DNA of 64,000 bases. It comes from Podarcis liolepis. Its lineage: Eukaryota. A program made the translations under genes and the position numbers. Below are positions 1 to 12,449 of this stretch, piece after piece. The notes under the pieces were generated by a model. It had not been told where the DNA came from, searched no databases, and worked only from the letters and a program-made list of their open reading frames with translations. The stretch is from assembly GCA_965112155.1 (NCBI GenBank), contig OZ218117.1; one strand, written 5' to 3'. Within the stretch, counting starts at the first letter, position 1, and every line of letters begins with the position of its first letter.

Positions 1-521
1 CCAACCCCCGANNNNNNNNNNNNNNNNNNNNNNNNNNNNNNNNNNNNNNNNNNNNNNNNNNNNNNNNNNNNNNNNNNNNNNNNNNNNNNNNNNNNNNNNN
101 NNNNNNNNNNNNNNNNNNNNNNNNNNNNNNNNNNNNNNNNNNNNNNNNNNNNNNNNNNNNNNNNNNNNNNNNNNNNNNNNNNNNNNNNNNNNNNNNNNNN
201 NNNNNNNNNNNNNNNNNNNNNNNNNNNNNNNNNNNNNNNNNNNNNNNNNNNNNNNNNNNNNNNNNNNNNNNNNNNNNNNNNNNNNNNNNNNNNNNNNNNN
301 NNNNNNNNNNNNNNNNNNNNNNNNNNNNNNNNNNNNNNNNNNNNNNNNNNNNNNNNNNNNNNNNNNNNNNNNNNNNNNNNNNNNNNNNNNNNNNNNNNNN
401 NNNNNNNNNNNNNNNNNNNNNNNNNNNNNNNNNNNNNNNNNNNNNNNNNNNNNNNNNNNNNNNNNNNNNNNNNNNNNNNNNNNNNNNNNNNNNNNNNNNN
501 NNNNNNNNNNNNNNNNNNNNN

Positions 522-720
522 CCCTAACTCCCTAACCCCCTAACCCCCTAACCCCCTAACCCCCTAACCCTAACCCTCACCCTCACCCTCTAACCCTCTA
601 ACCCTCACCCCCACCCTCTAACCCTCACCCTCTAACCCTCACCCTAACCCTCACTAAAACCCTAAAACCCCAACCCAAAAACCCTAACCCATAAACCCTA
701 AAACCAACTCCATCCTCGAC
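522..720. repeat. Degenerate vertebrate telomeric repeat (CCCTAA)n, C-rich strand on +
   Basis: ccctaa/ccccctaa/ccctca/ccctctaa units directly after the N-gap (12-521) at the window start; orientation as expected for a left chromosome end. Confidence 0.9.
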
Positions 721-1760
721 ACCAACCCTTAAAACCCTGAAACCCAAAACCCTAAAAACTTAACACCCTAAACCCTAAAACCCCCAATCCCAAATCCCTA
801 AAACCCAAAACCCAAAAAACCCAGAAACCCAAACCTGATCCCCAAGCCGAACCAGTACCAAAACCAGAAGCCGAACCCAAACCCCAATCCCCTAAACCCT
901 GATCCAGAACCAAAACCGGAACCAGAGCCAGAACCCGAATCCGAGCCAGAACCAGAAGCAGAACCCGAGCCAGATCTCGAACCAGAGCCAGAACCAGAAC
1001 CACATCCAGAACCTGAACCAGAACCAGAACCCCAACCCTAAGCTGAACAACAACCCCAACCCTATCCATAGCAAAAACCCAAACCCGAACCAGAACAAGA
1101 ACCCCAACCGTAAACCGAACAAGAACCGAAAACCGAACCTGAACCAGAACCCTAACCCTGAACCCCAACCCTTACTCCAACCCCTACCCTAACCCTAACC
1201 CAAACCCAAGCTCCAAACAGCACCCAAACCCCAACACCAAGCCCAACACCAGCACCCTAAAATCGTAACCCTAACACCCCAGAACCGAAACCCCAACACC
1301 CTAAAACCGTATCCTTGAATCCCCAACCCAAATTACTCAATGCTAAATTCTTAAGCCACGCACCCGAATGCCCAATTTCCAAATCCCAAAATCAGAAGCC
1401 TGGAACCTAAAACCCTAAACATTAGCCACTAAAGAGGAGACCGAATTCCTTAAACCCATAATCTTAATTCCCAAAGCTTACATCCGGAACCTGAAAGCAA
1501 AATACTTGTTCAAAAAACCAAAGGAACCACACGTAATGCTCAAAACATAAAGTACGAAAGCCAAATTAAGAATCCTTTACCAGAAAACCCAAAGAACAGT
1601 ATTTTAAACAAGAAACCTAGAGTTCAGAACCCCAATCCCAAAGGAGAAAACCCAAAACATAAATCCCCAAATTCGGAAACCGAAAACCCAACCCTAACCC
1701 CATAATCCCCCAACCCCAGAACCCCAAATCCAAGTACACCAACCACCTCTCCTACAGCAA
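721..1760. repeat. Telomere-associated variant repeats (CCAGAA/CCGAAC/CCCAAA hexamers, decaying inward)
   Basis: Hexamer periodicity is clear at 850-1200 (ccagaaccagagccagaacc), with interspersed ccctaa up to ~1700. Confidence 0.75.
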
Positions 1761-2509
1761 TTAACCGAAATGCCGTAATGCACCATAGGAAACTTAAAGC
1801 CTAAGCAGACTGACCTCATCAAGCTCTAATGATCTCATCAAAATTTTGTTCCTACCTTTCTCAGGATGGGCGCTTCTCCTCCTCATCCATTCCGGTGATG
1901 AATGTGCGATGTAGACATTATCTATTATTGAAAGGAATGGAAGACTGATCAGGTGGGAGAAGGCAGAGCGTTCTCTCCTTCTTCCCCTTTTTCATCAAAG
2001 TGTGCTCAAGGAAGCGCACCCACTTCTGGATTCCTTGACTTCCCCACCCATCCCCTTTCCATGTCCATTTCGGCTAATGCACATAACCAAAGGGTGATAA
2101 GACATCCCCAAAAATCAACAAAAAGGGATCAATCGAAGCCGAAACATAGAACAAACATTGAACCCGAATGTTCACTGTTGCACGGTACAATCTGGAGTAT
2201 AAGGCGGTCACTCATTTATCGTATTGCTCTGCGTGACAGTCAGTGAAGATGGAAGCATATAACTTTTATGTGTCACATCCTAAATTATTGTAACTTTGCC
2301 ATCATGAAAATATCCAGGAGGCTCAAGACTACCCCATGCAAAACTGTAAAGTCATTTTAATAACAATTCACTGCACGTCACTTCGTTGGTTATTGGGGAT
2401 GAGGCAAAGCCGCACTTGGGTGGCATAAATGCATCAGGAGTGGGTTTTTTTTTTTAAATGGTATTTAACGTTAAATGTTAATATGTCTTCTACTTTGTTT
2501 CTCCCTTAC

Positions 2510-3800
2510 CTTCATGACTTTTCCTCCATCTCCCCTTCTCCCGTCTTGCGCAGTTTCCTCTTCCACCTTTTTAGAGCACGAATCCAGCAGAGCAGACCTG
2601 AGAAATATCATTAATATCAATCAATTACACAATATTCTAAAGAGGGGACCACATCAAAAAAAAAACATGTTTGTCTATCTTTGGCAGCTATGTAAAAAAG
2701 TATTAGTTCAGAAAGGAGTCGCCCATCTCTCTATTGTAAAAATGCTAGAAAATTTTTTTCCCCATCTTTTTTCTGGTTTAAAATTACCGATTTACTTCCC
2801 CAACAATCTTATAATGAAGCATCTAGCTAAAAGGAACCCCAAGGGTAATCAATTCCCACCCGCCGCAAGGGAGGAATCTCCGAAGAAACCACAATATTTT
2901 TAATTAAAATTTAAAAAATTATTAAAAAGTGATGGAATTGGCATCTTGAGAAATTAGCTTTCTACAGAAGCACTGCTTCAAGCAGTTTGCTATACATTAA
3001 GGGCGGACTGAGGGGGAAATCATTAACAATCTTCCCCTTTTTTTAAAAAAAAAAAAAAAATAAGTTGCCTGTTCACAGCCAATTACTCTGGATTTGCCCT
3101 CCCTCCCCCCCCCCCAAGTCCAATAGGTAATTAAAAGATAATGCTAAGGCTTAGTGGGGAAGAGGCCATTTCCCCCCTCTAGTTTGTTGTGATTTTTAAT
3201 ACTAAAAATAATGCAAGGTTTATTGAAGTTATGAAAGTATTACTGTTTCCCAGACACCATCAGAATATTTTTTAAAAAGCGACAAAACAAAACATACCAC
3301 AAACTTCCCCTACCCTTTCACATTTACAGTAATAAAATTAATGATATTATTAATCTATTACTCTTTTCCAGTCACAAATAGTATTTAAGAAAAGGGGAGC
3401 AAAAAATTCAAAATTCCCCTCACACTTTCATAGAAACACGCATTACAGTAAGAAAAAGTCTAAAATAAAGGACAATTATCATTTCTTCCTCTCCCTCAGC
3501 AGAATAACGAGTAATTCGACAAAACGTTTTAAATTACAGTCTTCCCTAAGCCCTCTTCTTAAATCAATGATAATAATAATTGTATTACATATCAGTTACA
3601 AATATAATTCAGGAAGGAATTGTTATAACCCATTATCATCATTTTCCCCCTTCTCCCCACAAAAGAGTCTTAAAATACCACCCAAACTCACGCGCTTCCT
3701 TGGATGAAATGGCGAAGGACCAGAGACGCTGAAGAGAAAAGCGCGCCGAAGGCTAGGACCCGCCCACAGCCTGAACTGGGATTGGCCGCACGGTCGACCT
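2510..3800 (-). ncRNA. Putative spliced non-coding transcript running toward the telomere (exon 1 ends 3692; exon 2510-2597)
   Basis: Donor at 3686-3691; exon 2510-2597 has acceptor tttctcAG and donor AAG/GTAAG; the same splice sites are kept in paralogous copies; no coherent ORF. Confidence 0.45.
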
Positions 3801-4145
3801 ATCGCAGTAGAATGCCATCAACCAACATGGCGGCGAAGGCGACGCTTCTCCCTTTCTTCCCCCCTTCTTCCACGTCCAGTTACCCTGTTCAAATATGGAC
3901 GCCCTAGGCAGCCCCTCTCTCTGCGCACGCGCCCAGCATTTTCACCACCAGCAATCTCGTCGGCGCTATGTCGGCCCTCGGGCCAATGTCTGGTAGGTCG
4001 ATGGGCGGGGCCATGCCTTGCGCGCCTTTTTTCGAGCGTTTTGAGCTTGGCGCGCACTTTCCCGCTTTTATTCCTCGCAGGTGTTTCTCAGCCGTTTCTC
4101 CTCAGCGGTTTCCCACGCCCTGGACGCCAAGTAAGTGTAGGCGCG
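3680..4145. promoter_or_regulatory. Subtelomeric CpG island, putative bidirectional promoter
   Basis: CpG-rich in an AT-rich background. GC box cccgccc ~3758; ATTGG (CCAAT) 3781; YY1-like aacatggcggc 3824-3834; NRF1-like tgcgcacgcgc 3922-3932. Minus-strand donor GC/GTGAGT (3686-3691) and plus-strand donor AA/GTAAGT (4131-4136). Confidence 0.7.
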
Positions 4146-5247
4146 TTTCTATTTCTGTAAATGATTATTAGCAGTACTGTTTAAATTATTTCCATTTTTA
4201 TTATTAGGATATGCGTGGCGGATTTTGCAGTTCAGTTTGTTACGTCCCTTTTTTAATATTTTGTGTTGAGCAGCTGGGGAATGGAATGGGAATAAATGAG
4301 GAACATCCTTCAAGTTTAAATTGTTATTATTCTAATTTCAATGGTTTTTATGCTAAAGGGGAGAGGGAAGTTTGTTGAAAAATTTTTTATTTTAAAATTT
4401 AAAACATACTCTGTTGGTTGCTTGCAAATAGAAATAATTCAATTTTAGGTAATGTATAATTATTATTGTTATTAACAATCAAACCCACCCAAGTGTGGCA
4501 CCCAAAGCCTAAACAGCATGGGATTTTTATTTCTCCCAATTAGTGGGAGAAGCAACTCTAGAGGAAAGAGCTGTGGTAATATTAACTATAACTATTAATT
4601 ATTATTTATGTACAGTAAATGATCAAGTGTTCATCGCTTTTCCTCTCAGGCTGTCTTAAACGTTTTGAGAACTGTACCTGAACAATGTATTGTACTGTTC
4701 TGCCACTGCTTCAACCTTTTTTTTTCAACCAGCAAATTCCTCCAGATCCCAGTTACACCAATATTATTATCATTATCAGTAGTATTAGTTCCAGTATTAG
4801 TATTATATCTTTTAAAACGAAATAAACCCTTTGTTGTACATTTGCGGATTCCATCCTTACTGCGTGATGGACCGAAAAAGCCTTGGGGTCCCTTCCAGCT
4901 AAATGCACCATATTAATAATATCCCAAGTAACTTAAGAAAAAAAAATTTATTGTTCGTTGGAAAGGGCTTCAGAAGGAAAAAACACTTTTCTTCCATTTC
5001 GTCGTCTGCTGGCTCCTATCCCCCTTTACCCAAGTTCTTTTTCCTCCATAGAAATATGTGCTGGAAATATTATATGCTTTAATTAATGTGGACCCCCCTT
5101 TTTTTTTTTGTATAGTAATTTTCATTATTGTTATTTCAAAGGTCCGCCCTGCTTGATTCCTATCCTGAAATGGAGGAGGAGGAAACTCTGCGTAACGATG
5201 GGAGAAGAGGAGGAGCAGGAAAAGTCACCTGCAGATGTGAAGGGAAG
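4050..5247 (+). ncRNA. Putative spliced non-coding transcript, inverted paralog of the minus-strand unit (exon 1 ends 4130; exon 5142-5247)
   Basis: Donor gtaagt 4131; exon 5142-5247 is homologous to 2510-2597 (reverse complement) and keeps AG/GT boundaries. Confidence 0.4.
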
Positions 5248-6029
5248 GTAAAGTTGGAAAATTATAAATAAGCATAAAACACTTAAGAGCATTCTCAAAC
5301 CAGCCCAGTCAGTCCCCATACATCCCACTGACCACCCAACCACAGCAGTACAGCACTTTAACAATACAGTAAAATAATTTAATTTATTTGAATGAGGAAG
5401 GCCAGCACCTCCAGGCTTCCCCCATGTTGGTGAGGTTATTCTCCTTTTCCTTTTCTTCTTTGGCTATCTGTAGGTGAAAAAGCAATGTGTGGAAAATTTA
5501 AGTTCTGCAGATAAACCATTGCTGTAACCTGATTCCAATGTTATTGCTCCAGAGCACAAACGTTTCATTCCCTAAAAAGAAAGGGAGAAATGCCTGTGCG
5601 TCTTTTGGGGCGTAGCGAGCAGGAGCTGATCCGGGAAAAGGGAGGGAATGGGATCCATGCAGTGGATTCCCTCCGCCCAGGCTCCCAGGGAACCATCTAA
5701 GCGGTAGGGGAGCTATTTCAGTAACGGGCATATAAAACTATGAAAATGAGCTTACAGATATCGAGAGTCCGACAGTGCTCAACCGCGTAGCCACTCTAAG
5801 GTGGATTACAAACAATTTTACTTTGGGGGGCAACCCTGAAGACTGTCTCCTTCTCTAGAACGTGTTTGATGGGCGTTTTCACTGCCTCGCCTTGTTCTAT
5901 CAGCCATAAGCATGTCTAGGCTTGGCTAGTCCAAGAGTATTGCAGTTGCTGTGACCATTTCTCCTGATCCTTCTTGAAAAAGTCTGGAGAGATCTACTGC
6001 AAGTCCCTCTTCCTCTGGCAGTAGTAATT

Positions 6030-9000
6030 CTCCCTCGAGGTCGCATTTTATTTTCCTATCAAGGTCTATTCCAGTTATGTCCACACGGGGGCAGTGCTTC
6101 TTTTCCTAACGAAGTCCATTCCAGTATTGGCCAGACACAGGAGGTCGCTGTTTGTATTTCTATTGATGTTTATTCCTGAAATGTCCACACGAGGGCACTA
6201 CTGTTTATTTTCCTATTGTGGTGTATTCCAGTATTGGCCACACAAGGGCACTGTGCACTGTTTGTTTTCCGATTGAGGTCTATTCCATTTATTCCCACAC
6301 GGCGTCACTTTTTAATCATCTATTGTGGTTTTATGGCCACACACACGAGATGTCTGTTTCTTTTTCTATGGAGCTGTATTACAGTAATGGCCACACTGTG
6401 TCACTGTTTATTCTCCTGTTGTTGTGAATTCCAGAAATGGCCACACACACGGGGTCTCTGTTTGTTAAACTATTGATGTCCTTTCCGTTAATTGCCGTAC
6501 TGTGTTACTGTTTACTTTCCTATTGATGTCTATTCCATAATGTTCCACACGAGGTAAATGTTTATTTTCCCCTAATGTGGTCTATTCCATTAATGGCCGC
6601 ACAGGTTCAGTGTTTGTTTTCCTATCGAGGTCTATTACACAAATGTCCGCACTATGTCGCTGTTTATATTCGTATTGAGATATATCCCAGTATTGTCACC
6701 ACGAGGTTGCTGTTTGTTATCCTATGGAGGTATATTCCATAAATTCCCACATGGGGTCAGTGATTGTTTTCCTATTGCGGTCTATTCCAAAAAAGGCCAC
6801 AGGAGGCCGATGTATATTTTCATGTTCTGGTCTATTCCAGTAATGGTTACACACACGGGTTAAGTGTTTGTTTTCCTATTTAGTTATATTCCAGCAATGG
6901 CCACACTGTGTCAGTGTTTGTTTTCCTATTGAGGTTTATTCCATAAGTGGCCTGACTATGTCACTGTTTATTTTCCTATTGATATCATTTCCAGTATTGT
7001 GTACTCAAGGTCGCTTTTTTGTATTTTTCGTAATGAGGATTATTGCAGTAATGGCCACAGGAGACCGCTGTTTATTTTCCTGTCGAGGTCCATTTCAGTA
7101 ATGGCCACACGATGGCACTGTTTACTTTACTATCGATGTCTAATGCACAAATGTCCACACTGTGCCACTGTCTATTTTCCAATTGATTTCTATTCCAGAA
7201 ATGGCTGAACGAGGGCCCTTTTTTTTTTCCTATTGAGGTGTGTTCCAGTATTGGCCACACACACGGGGTCGCTGTTTATTTTCCTACTGAGGTCAATTCT
7301 AGTAATGACCACACAAGGGCACTGTTTATTTTCCTAATGAGGTCTGCTCCAGTATTGGCCACACTCACAGGGACAATGTTTGTTTTCCTATTGAGGACAA
7401 TTTCACTAATGTCCATACGAGGTCATTGTCTATTTTCCTATATATATCTATTCTGGTACTCGCCGCACAAGGGCACTCTTTAATTTCCTATCAAGGTCTA
7501 CTGCAGTAATGGCCACACAGGGTCACTATTTATTTTACTAATGAGTTGTGTTCCAGGAATGGCCACATGGGGGCAGTGTTTGTTTTCCTATTGAGGTCTG
7601 TTCCAGTATTGGCCACACATTCAAAGTCACTATTTAATTTCCTATTGAGCTCGATCTCGGTATTTGCCATGGGAGGGCACTTTTTTTATCTCCTATTGAT
7701 GTCAATTCCAATATTGCCTACACGAGGGCTCAGCTTGTTTTCCTATTGAGGTATATCGCAGTACTGTAAACCCACACGAGGCCAGTATTTATTTTCCTAT
7801 TGAGGTCTTTTCCAGTATTGGCCACACACACGAACTCTGTGTTTATTTTCCTATCATTGTCTGTTGCAGTTATGTCTACACGCTCTAGGTCGCTGTTTCT
7901 TTTCCTATTGATGTCTATTATATTATTGGCCACACACAGGAGGTTGTTTTTTATTTTCCTATTGAGGTCTATTTCAGTATTTGCCGCAGGAGGTCAGTGT
8001 TTGTTTTCCTATTGAGGTGTATTCCAGTATTGGCCACACGGGGACACTGTTTGATTTACTATGGAGGTGTATTCAAATAATGGCCACACACACACTGTGT
8101 CACGGTTTGTTTTCCTATTGAGGTCTGTTCCATTAAGTGACACACGAGGTCAATGCTTATTTTCCTATCGAGGTCTATTCCTTCAATTGCCGCAAGGGGT
8201 CACTGTTTATTTTTCAATAGAGGCCTATTCCATAAATGGCCACAGGAGGTCAATGTTAAATTGAGGTCTATTTTGATAATGGGCACTCGAGTTCGCTGCT
8301 TATTTCCCTATGTATGTTTATTCTAGTAATGGCCACACGAGGGCACTGTTTATTCTCCTATTGAGTCGAGGTCTATTATGATAATGGCCACAGGAGGTTA
8401 CTGTTTGTTTTCCTATTGAGGTCTATTTCATTGATGGCCACACGAGTTCGCAGGATATTTTCATATTGTGGTCTATTACAATAATGGCCACACAATGGCA
8501 CTGTTTGTTTTCCTATTGCGGTCTATTCCAGAAATGGCAACGCTGGGTCAATGTCTATTTTCCTATTTATGTCCATTCCAGTATTGCGAACACGAGGTGT
8601 CTGTTGATTTTCCAATTTTGCTCTAAGCCAGCAGAGGCCGCACAAGGGCACTGTTTCTTTGCCTATTGTGGTCTATAACACTGATGGCCACACAGGGTCA
8701 GTTCAGTATTTATTTTCCTATTGAGGTTTATTCCAGAAATTGCCACGAGAGGGCACTGTTGGTTTCCCTATCGAGGTCTATTACAGAAATGGGCACACGA
8801 GGTCGCTTTTTATTTTCCTATTGAGGTCTATTTTACTATTGGCCACACGCAGCAGCTCGCTGTCTGTTTTCCTACTGAGGTCTATTCTGACAATGGGCAC
8901 ACGAGCTCACTGTTTATTTTCTTATCAAGGTCCACCTATTTAAGTATTTGCCGCACGAGGTCACTGTTTGTTCTCGTACTGATGTATATTGCAGTAATGT

Positions 9001-12000
9001 TCACCCGAGGCCACTGTTTAGTTTCCTATTGAAATTTATCCTTCCCTGGAATGACCACATGAGGTTCCTTTTTATTTCCAAATTGAGGTCTTTTCTGACA
9101 ATGTCCACACGAGGTCGCATTTAATTTTCCTATTGATGTATATCTATTCCGGTAATTCCCACACGGGGTCTTTGTTTATTTCCCAATTGAGGTCTATTCT
9201 GACAATGACCACACAAGGGCTCTGTTTGTTTTCCTATTGAGGTCTACTCTAGTAGTGAACACACGAGGTCGCTGTTTATATTCCTATTTAGGTCTATTCT
9301 GATAATGGGCACACAGGGTGTCTGATTATTTCCCATTTGAGGTCTATTCCTGTAAAGCACACAGGAGGGCACTGTCTATTTTGTTATTTAGGTCTATTTA
9401 TGTAATGACAACACGAGGACACTGTTTATTTTCCTATTGAGGTATATTCCAATAATGTCCACACGGGGTTAGTGTTTCTTTCCCTATTGAGATCTATTCC
9501 AGTAATTCCCACACGGGGTCACTGTTTGATTTCCTACTGAGGTGTATTCCAGTAATGTCCACACTGTGTCACTGTTTATTTTCCTATAGAGGTGTATTCA
9601 AGTAATGGCCACGCACACGGGGCCAGTGTTTGTTTTCCTATTGAGGTCTATTCCATTAATGGCCACACAAGGGCACCGTTTACTTTCCTATATATGTCTA
9701 TTCCAGTAATGGGCGGACAAGGGTACTGTCTACTGTCCTATTGAGGTCTGTTCCAGTATTGGCCACACACACGAGGTCACTATTTATTTTTCTATTGATG
9801 TCTATTATATTATTAGCCACACACAGGAGGTCCACAGACACTGTTTCATTTCCTATTGAGGTCTATTATATTACTAGTCACACACATGAGGTCGCTGTTT
9901 CTTTTCCTATTGAGGTGTATTCCAGTATTGGCCACACGGGGTCACTGTTTGATTTCCTATTGATGTCTATTCCTGCAATCTCCACACACACGAATTCGGT
10001 GTTCTGTTTCCTATAGAGGTCAATTCCAGTAATGACCAAACAAGGTCACTGTTTTGTTTCCTATTGAGGTGTATTCCAGTATTGGCCACACACACGAGTT
10101 CAGTGTTTATTTTCCCAATTGAGGTCTATTCCAAAAATGGTCACAGGAGGTCACTGTTCACTTTCCTATTGAGGTCTATTTCAGTAATGGGCACACGAGT
10201 TCGCTGTTTATTTCACTATATATGTCTATTCCAGTAATGGCCGCACGAGTTTGGTGTATATTTTCGTATTGAGGTGTATTCCAGTATTGAACACACGATG
10301 GCACTGTTTGTTTTTTTATCAAGGTCAATTCCAGTAATGGCCACACTGGGAAACTGTCTATTTTCCTATTGATGTCTATTCCAGTATTGGGCACACGAGG
10401 TAACTGTGTGTTCTCCTATTGAGGTCTATTCCACTTATGGCCGCATGAGGTCAGGTCAGTGTTTATTTTCCTATGGAGGTCTATTCCAGAAATGACCGCA
10501 GAAGGGCACTGTGTGTTCTCCTATTGAGGTCTATTCCACTTATGGCCGCATGAGGTCAGGTCAGTGTTTATTTTCCTATGGAGGTCTATTCCTGCAATGT
10601 CCGTACGAGGTCTTTTTTTTTTTTTTTTTCCTATTGAGGTCTATCACAGTATAGGCCACACGAGGTCACTGTGTGTTTTCCTATTGAAGTCTATCTATTC
10701 CAGTAATGACCGCACGAGATCGCAGTTTATTTCCCAATTGAGGTATATTCTGGCAATGGCCACGCAAGGGCTCTTTTTTTTTCCTATTGAGGTCTATCTA
10801 TTACAGTATTGGCCACAGGAGGACAGAGTCTATTTTCCTATTTTGGTCCATTTATGTAATGACCACACAAGGTCACTCTGCTTTCCTATTGAGGTCTGTT
10901 TCTTTTATGTCCACACGAGGGCACTGTTTGTTTTCCTATCGAGGTCTATTCTACTAATGGCCACACGAGGTCACTGTTTATATTCCTATTTAGGTCTATT
11001 CTGATAATGGGTACACAGGCTCAGTGTTTAGTTCCCAATTGAGGTCTATTCCTGTAATGGCCACAGGAGGGCACTGTCGACTTTCCTATTTAGGTCTATT
11101 TATGTAATGGCCACACGAGGTCACTGTTTGTTTTCCTATTGAGGTCTATGTATTCCAGAATTCGCCACACGAGGTCACTGTTTCTTTCCCAATTAAGGTC
11201 TATTCTGATGATGGCCACACGGGGTCACTGCTAGTTTTCCTATTGAGATCTATTCCAGTAATAGTCACACGAGGAGGTCACTGTTTGTTTTCCTATTGAA
11301 GTGTATGTATTCTGAAAATGGCCACACGAGGGCACTGTTTATTTTCCTATTGAGGTCTATGTATTCCAGAATTTGCCACACGAGGTCACTGTTTTTCCCC
11401 CCAATTGAGGTCTATTCTGATAATGGACACACAGGGTCACTGTTAGTTTTCCTATTGAAGTCTATCTGTAACAGAAATGGGCACACGAGGTCACTGTCTA
11501 TTCCAGAATTTGCCACACGAGGTCACTGTCTATTCCTGAAATGGCCACACGAGGTCACTGTTTATTTTCCTATTGAGGTCGATCTATTCCAGTAATGGCC
11601 ACACGGAGTCACTGTTTATTCTCCTACTGAGGTCTATTCCAATAATGGCCACACGAGGTCACTGTTTATTTTCATATTGTAGTCTATTTTAGTAATGCCC
11701 ACACAAGGTCACTGTTTATTTTACTATTGAAGTCTATCTATTCCGGCAATGGCCAGACGGGGTCACTGTTTATTTTCCTATTGTGGTCTGTTCCAGTATA
11801 CTCCACACAAGGGAGGTCACTGTTCATTTTCCGATTGAGGTCTATCTCTTCTAGTATTGGCTACACAATGGCACTGTTTATTTTCCTATTGAATTCAATT
11901 CCAGTAATGGTCACTCCAGGTCACTGTTTATTTTCCTACTGAAGTCTATCTATTCCTGTAATAACCACACGAGGTCACTGTTTATTTTCCTATTGAGGGA

Positions 12001-12380
12001 GGTCTATTACAGAAATGGCCACACAAGGTCACTGTTTATGTACCTATTGAGGTCTATCTATTCCAGAAATGGGCACACGGGGTCACTGTTTATTTTCCTA
12101 TTGAAGTCTATTCCGGCAATGGCCTCACGAGGTCACTGTTTATTTTCATATAGAAGTCTATTGTAGTAATGGCCGCACAAGGTTACTGTTTATTTTTCAA
12201 TTGAAGTCTATCTATTCCAGTAATGGCCACACGAGGGCACTGTTTAGTTTTCTATTGAATTTTATTCCAGTAGTGGCCGCACAAGGTCGCTGTTTATTCT
12301 CCTATTGCTTTATTTTCCATTAATGGCCAGACGAGGTCACTGCTTATTTTCCTTTCAATGTCTTTTCCAGAAATGGCTGC
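6030..12380 (+). repeat. 50-bp tandem repeat array (~125 copies) with a CTCF-like motif in each unit
   Basis: Consensus gaggtctattccagtaatggccacacgaggtcactgtttattttcctatt, read directly; copy number is length divided by 50. Confidence 0.93.
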
Positions 12381-12449
12381 AGCCTTAACCATATAGTATT
12401 TTTATTAATTTGAATTGGGTCAGGTAAACCTCCCCTTGGCTACAAAAAC

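Noticed and set aside
752-1168. ORFs of 138 and 76 aa on the minus strand
   Set aside because: Translations of hexameric telomere-variant repeats.
1895-1948. C/D box snoRNA-like GTGATGA...CTGA
   Set aside because: Only 54 nt, no convincing terminal stem and no recognisable guide sequence.
6030-12380. Array as CRISPR, coding repeat or nuclear-receptor (AGGTCA) element array
   Set aside because: Eukaryotic DNA with no unique spacers. The ORFs are short repeat translations. AGGTCA is frequently replaced by AGGGCA, AGGTCG or ATGGCA, which fit CTCF but break the receptor half-site.
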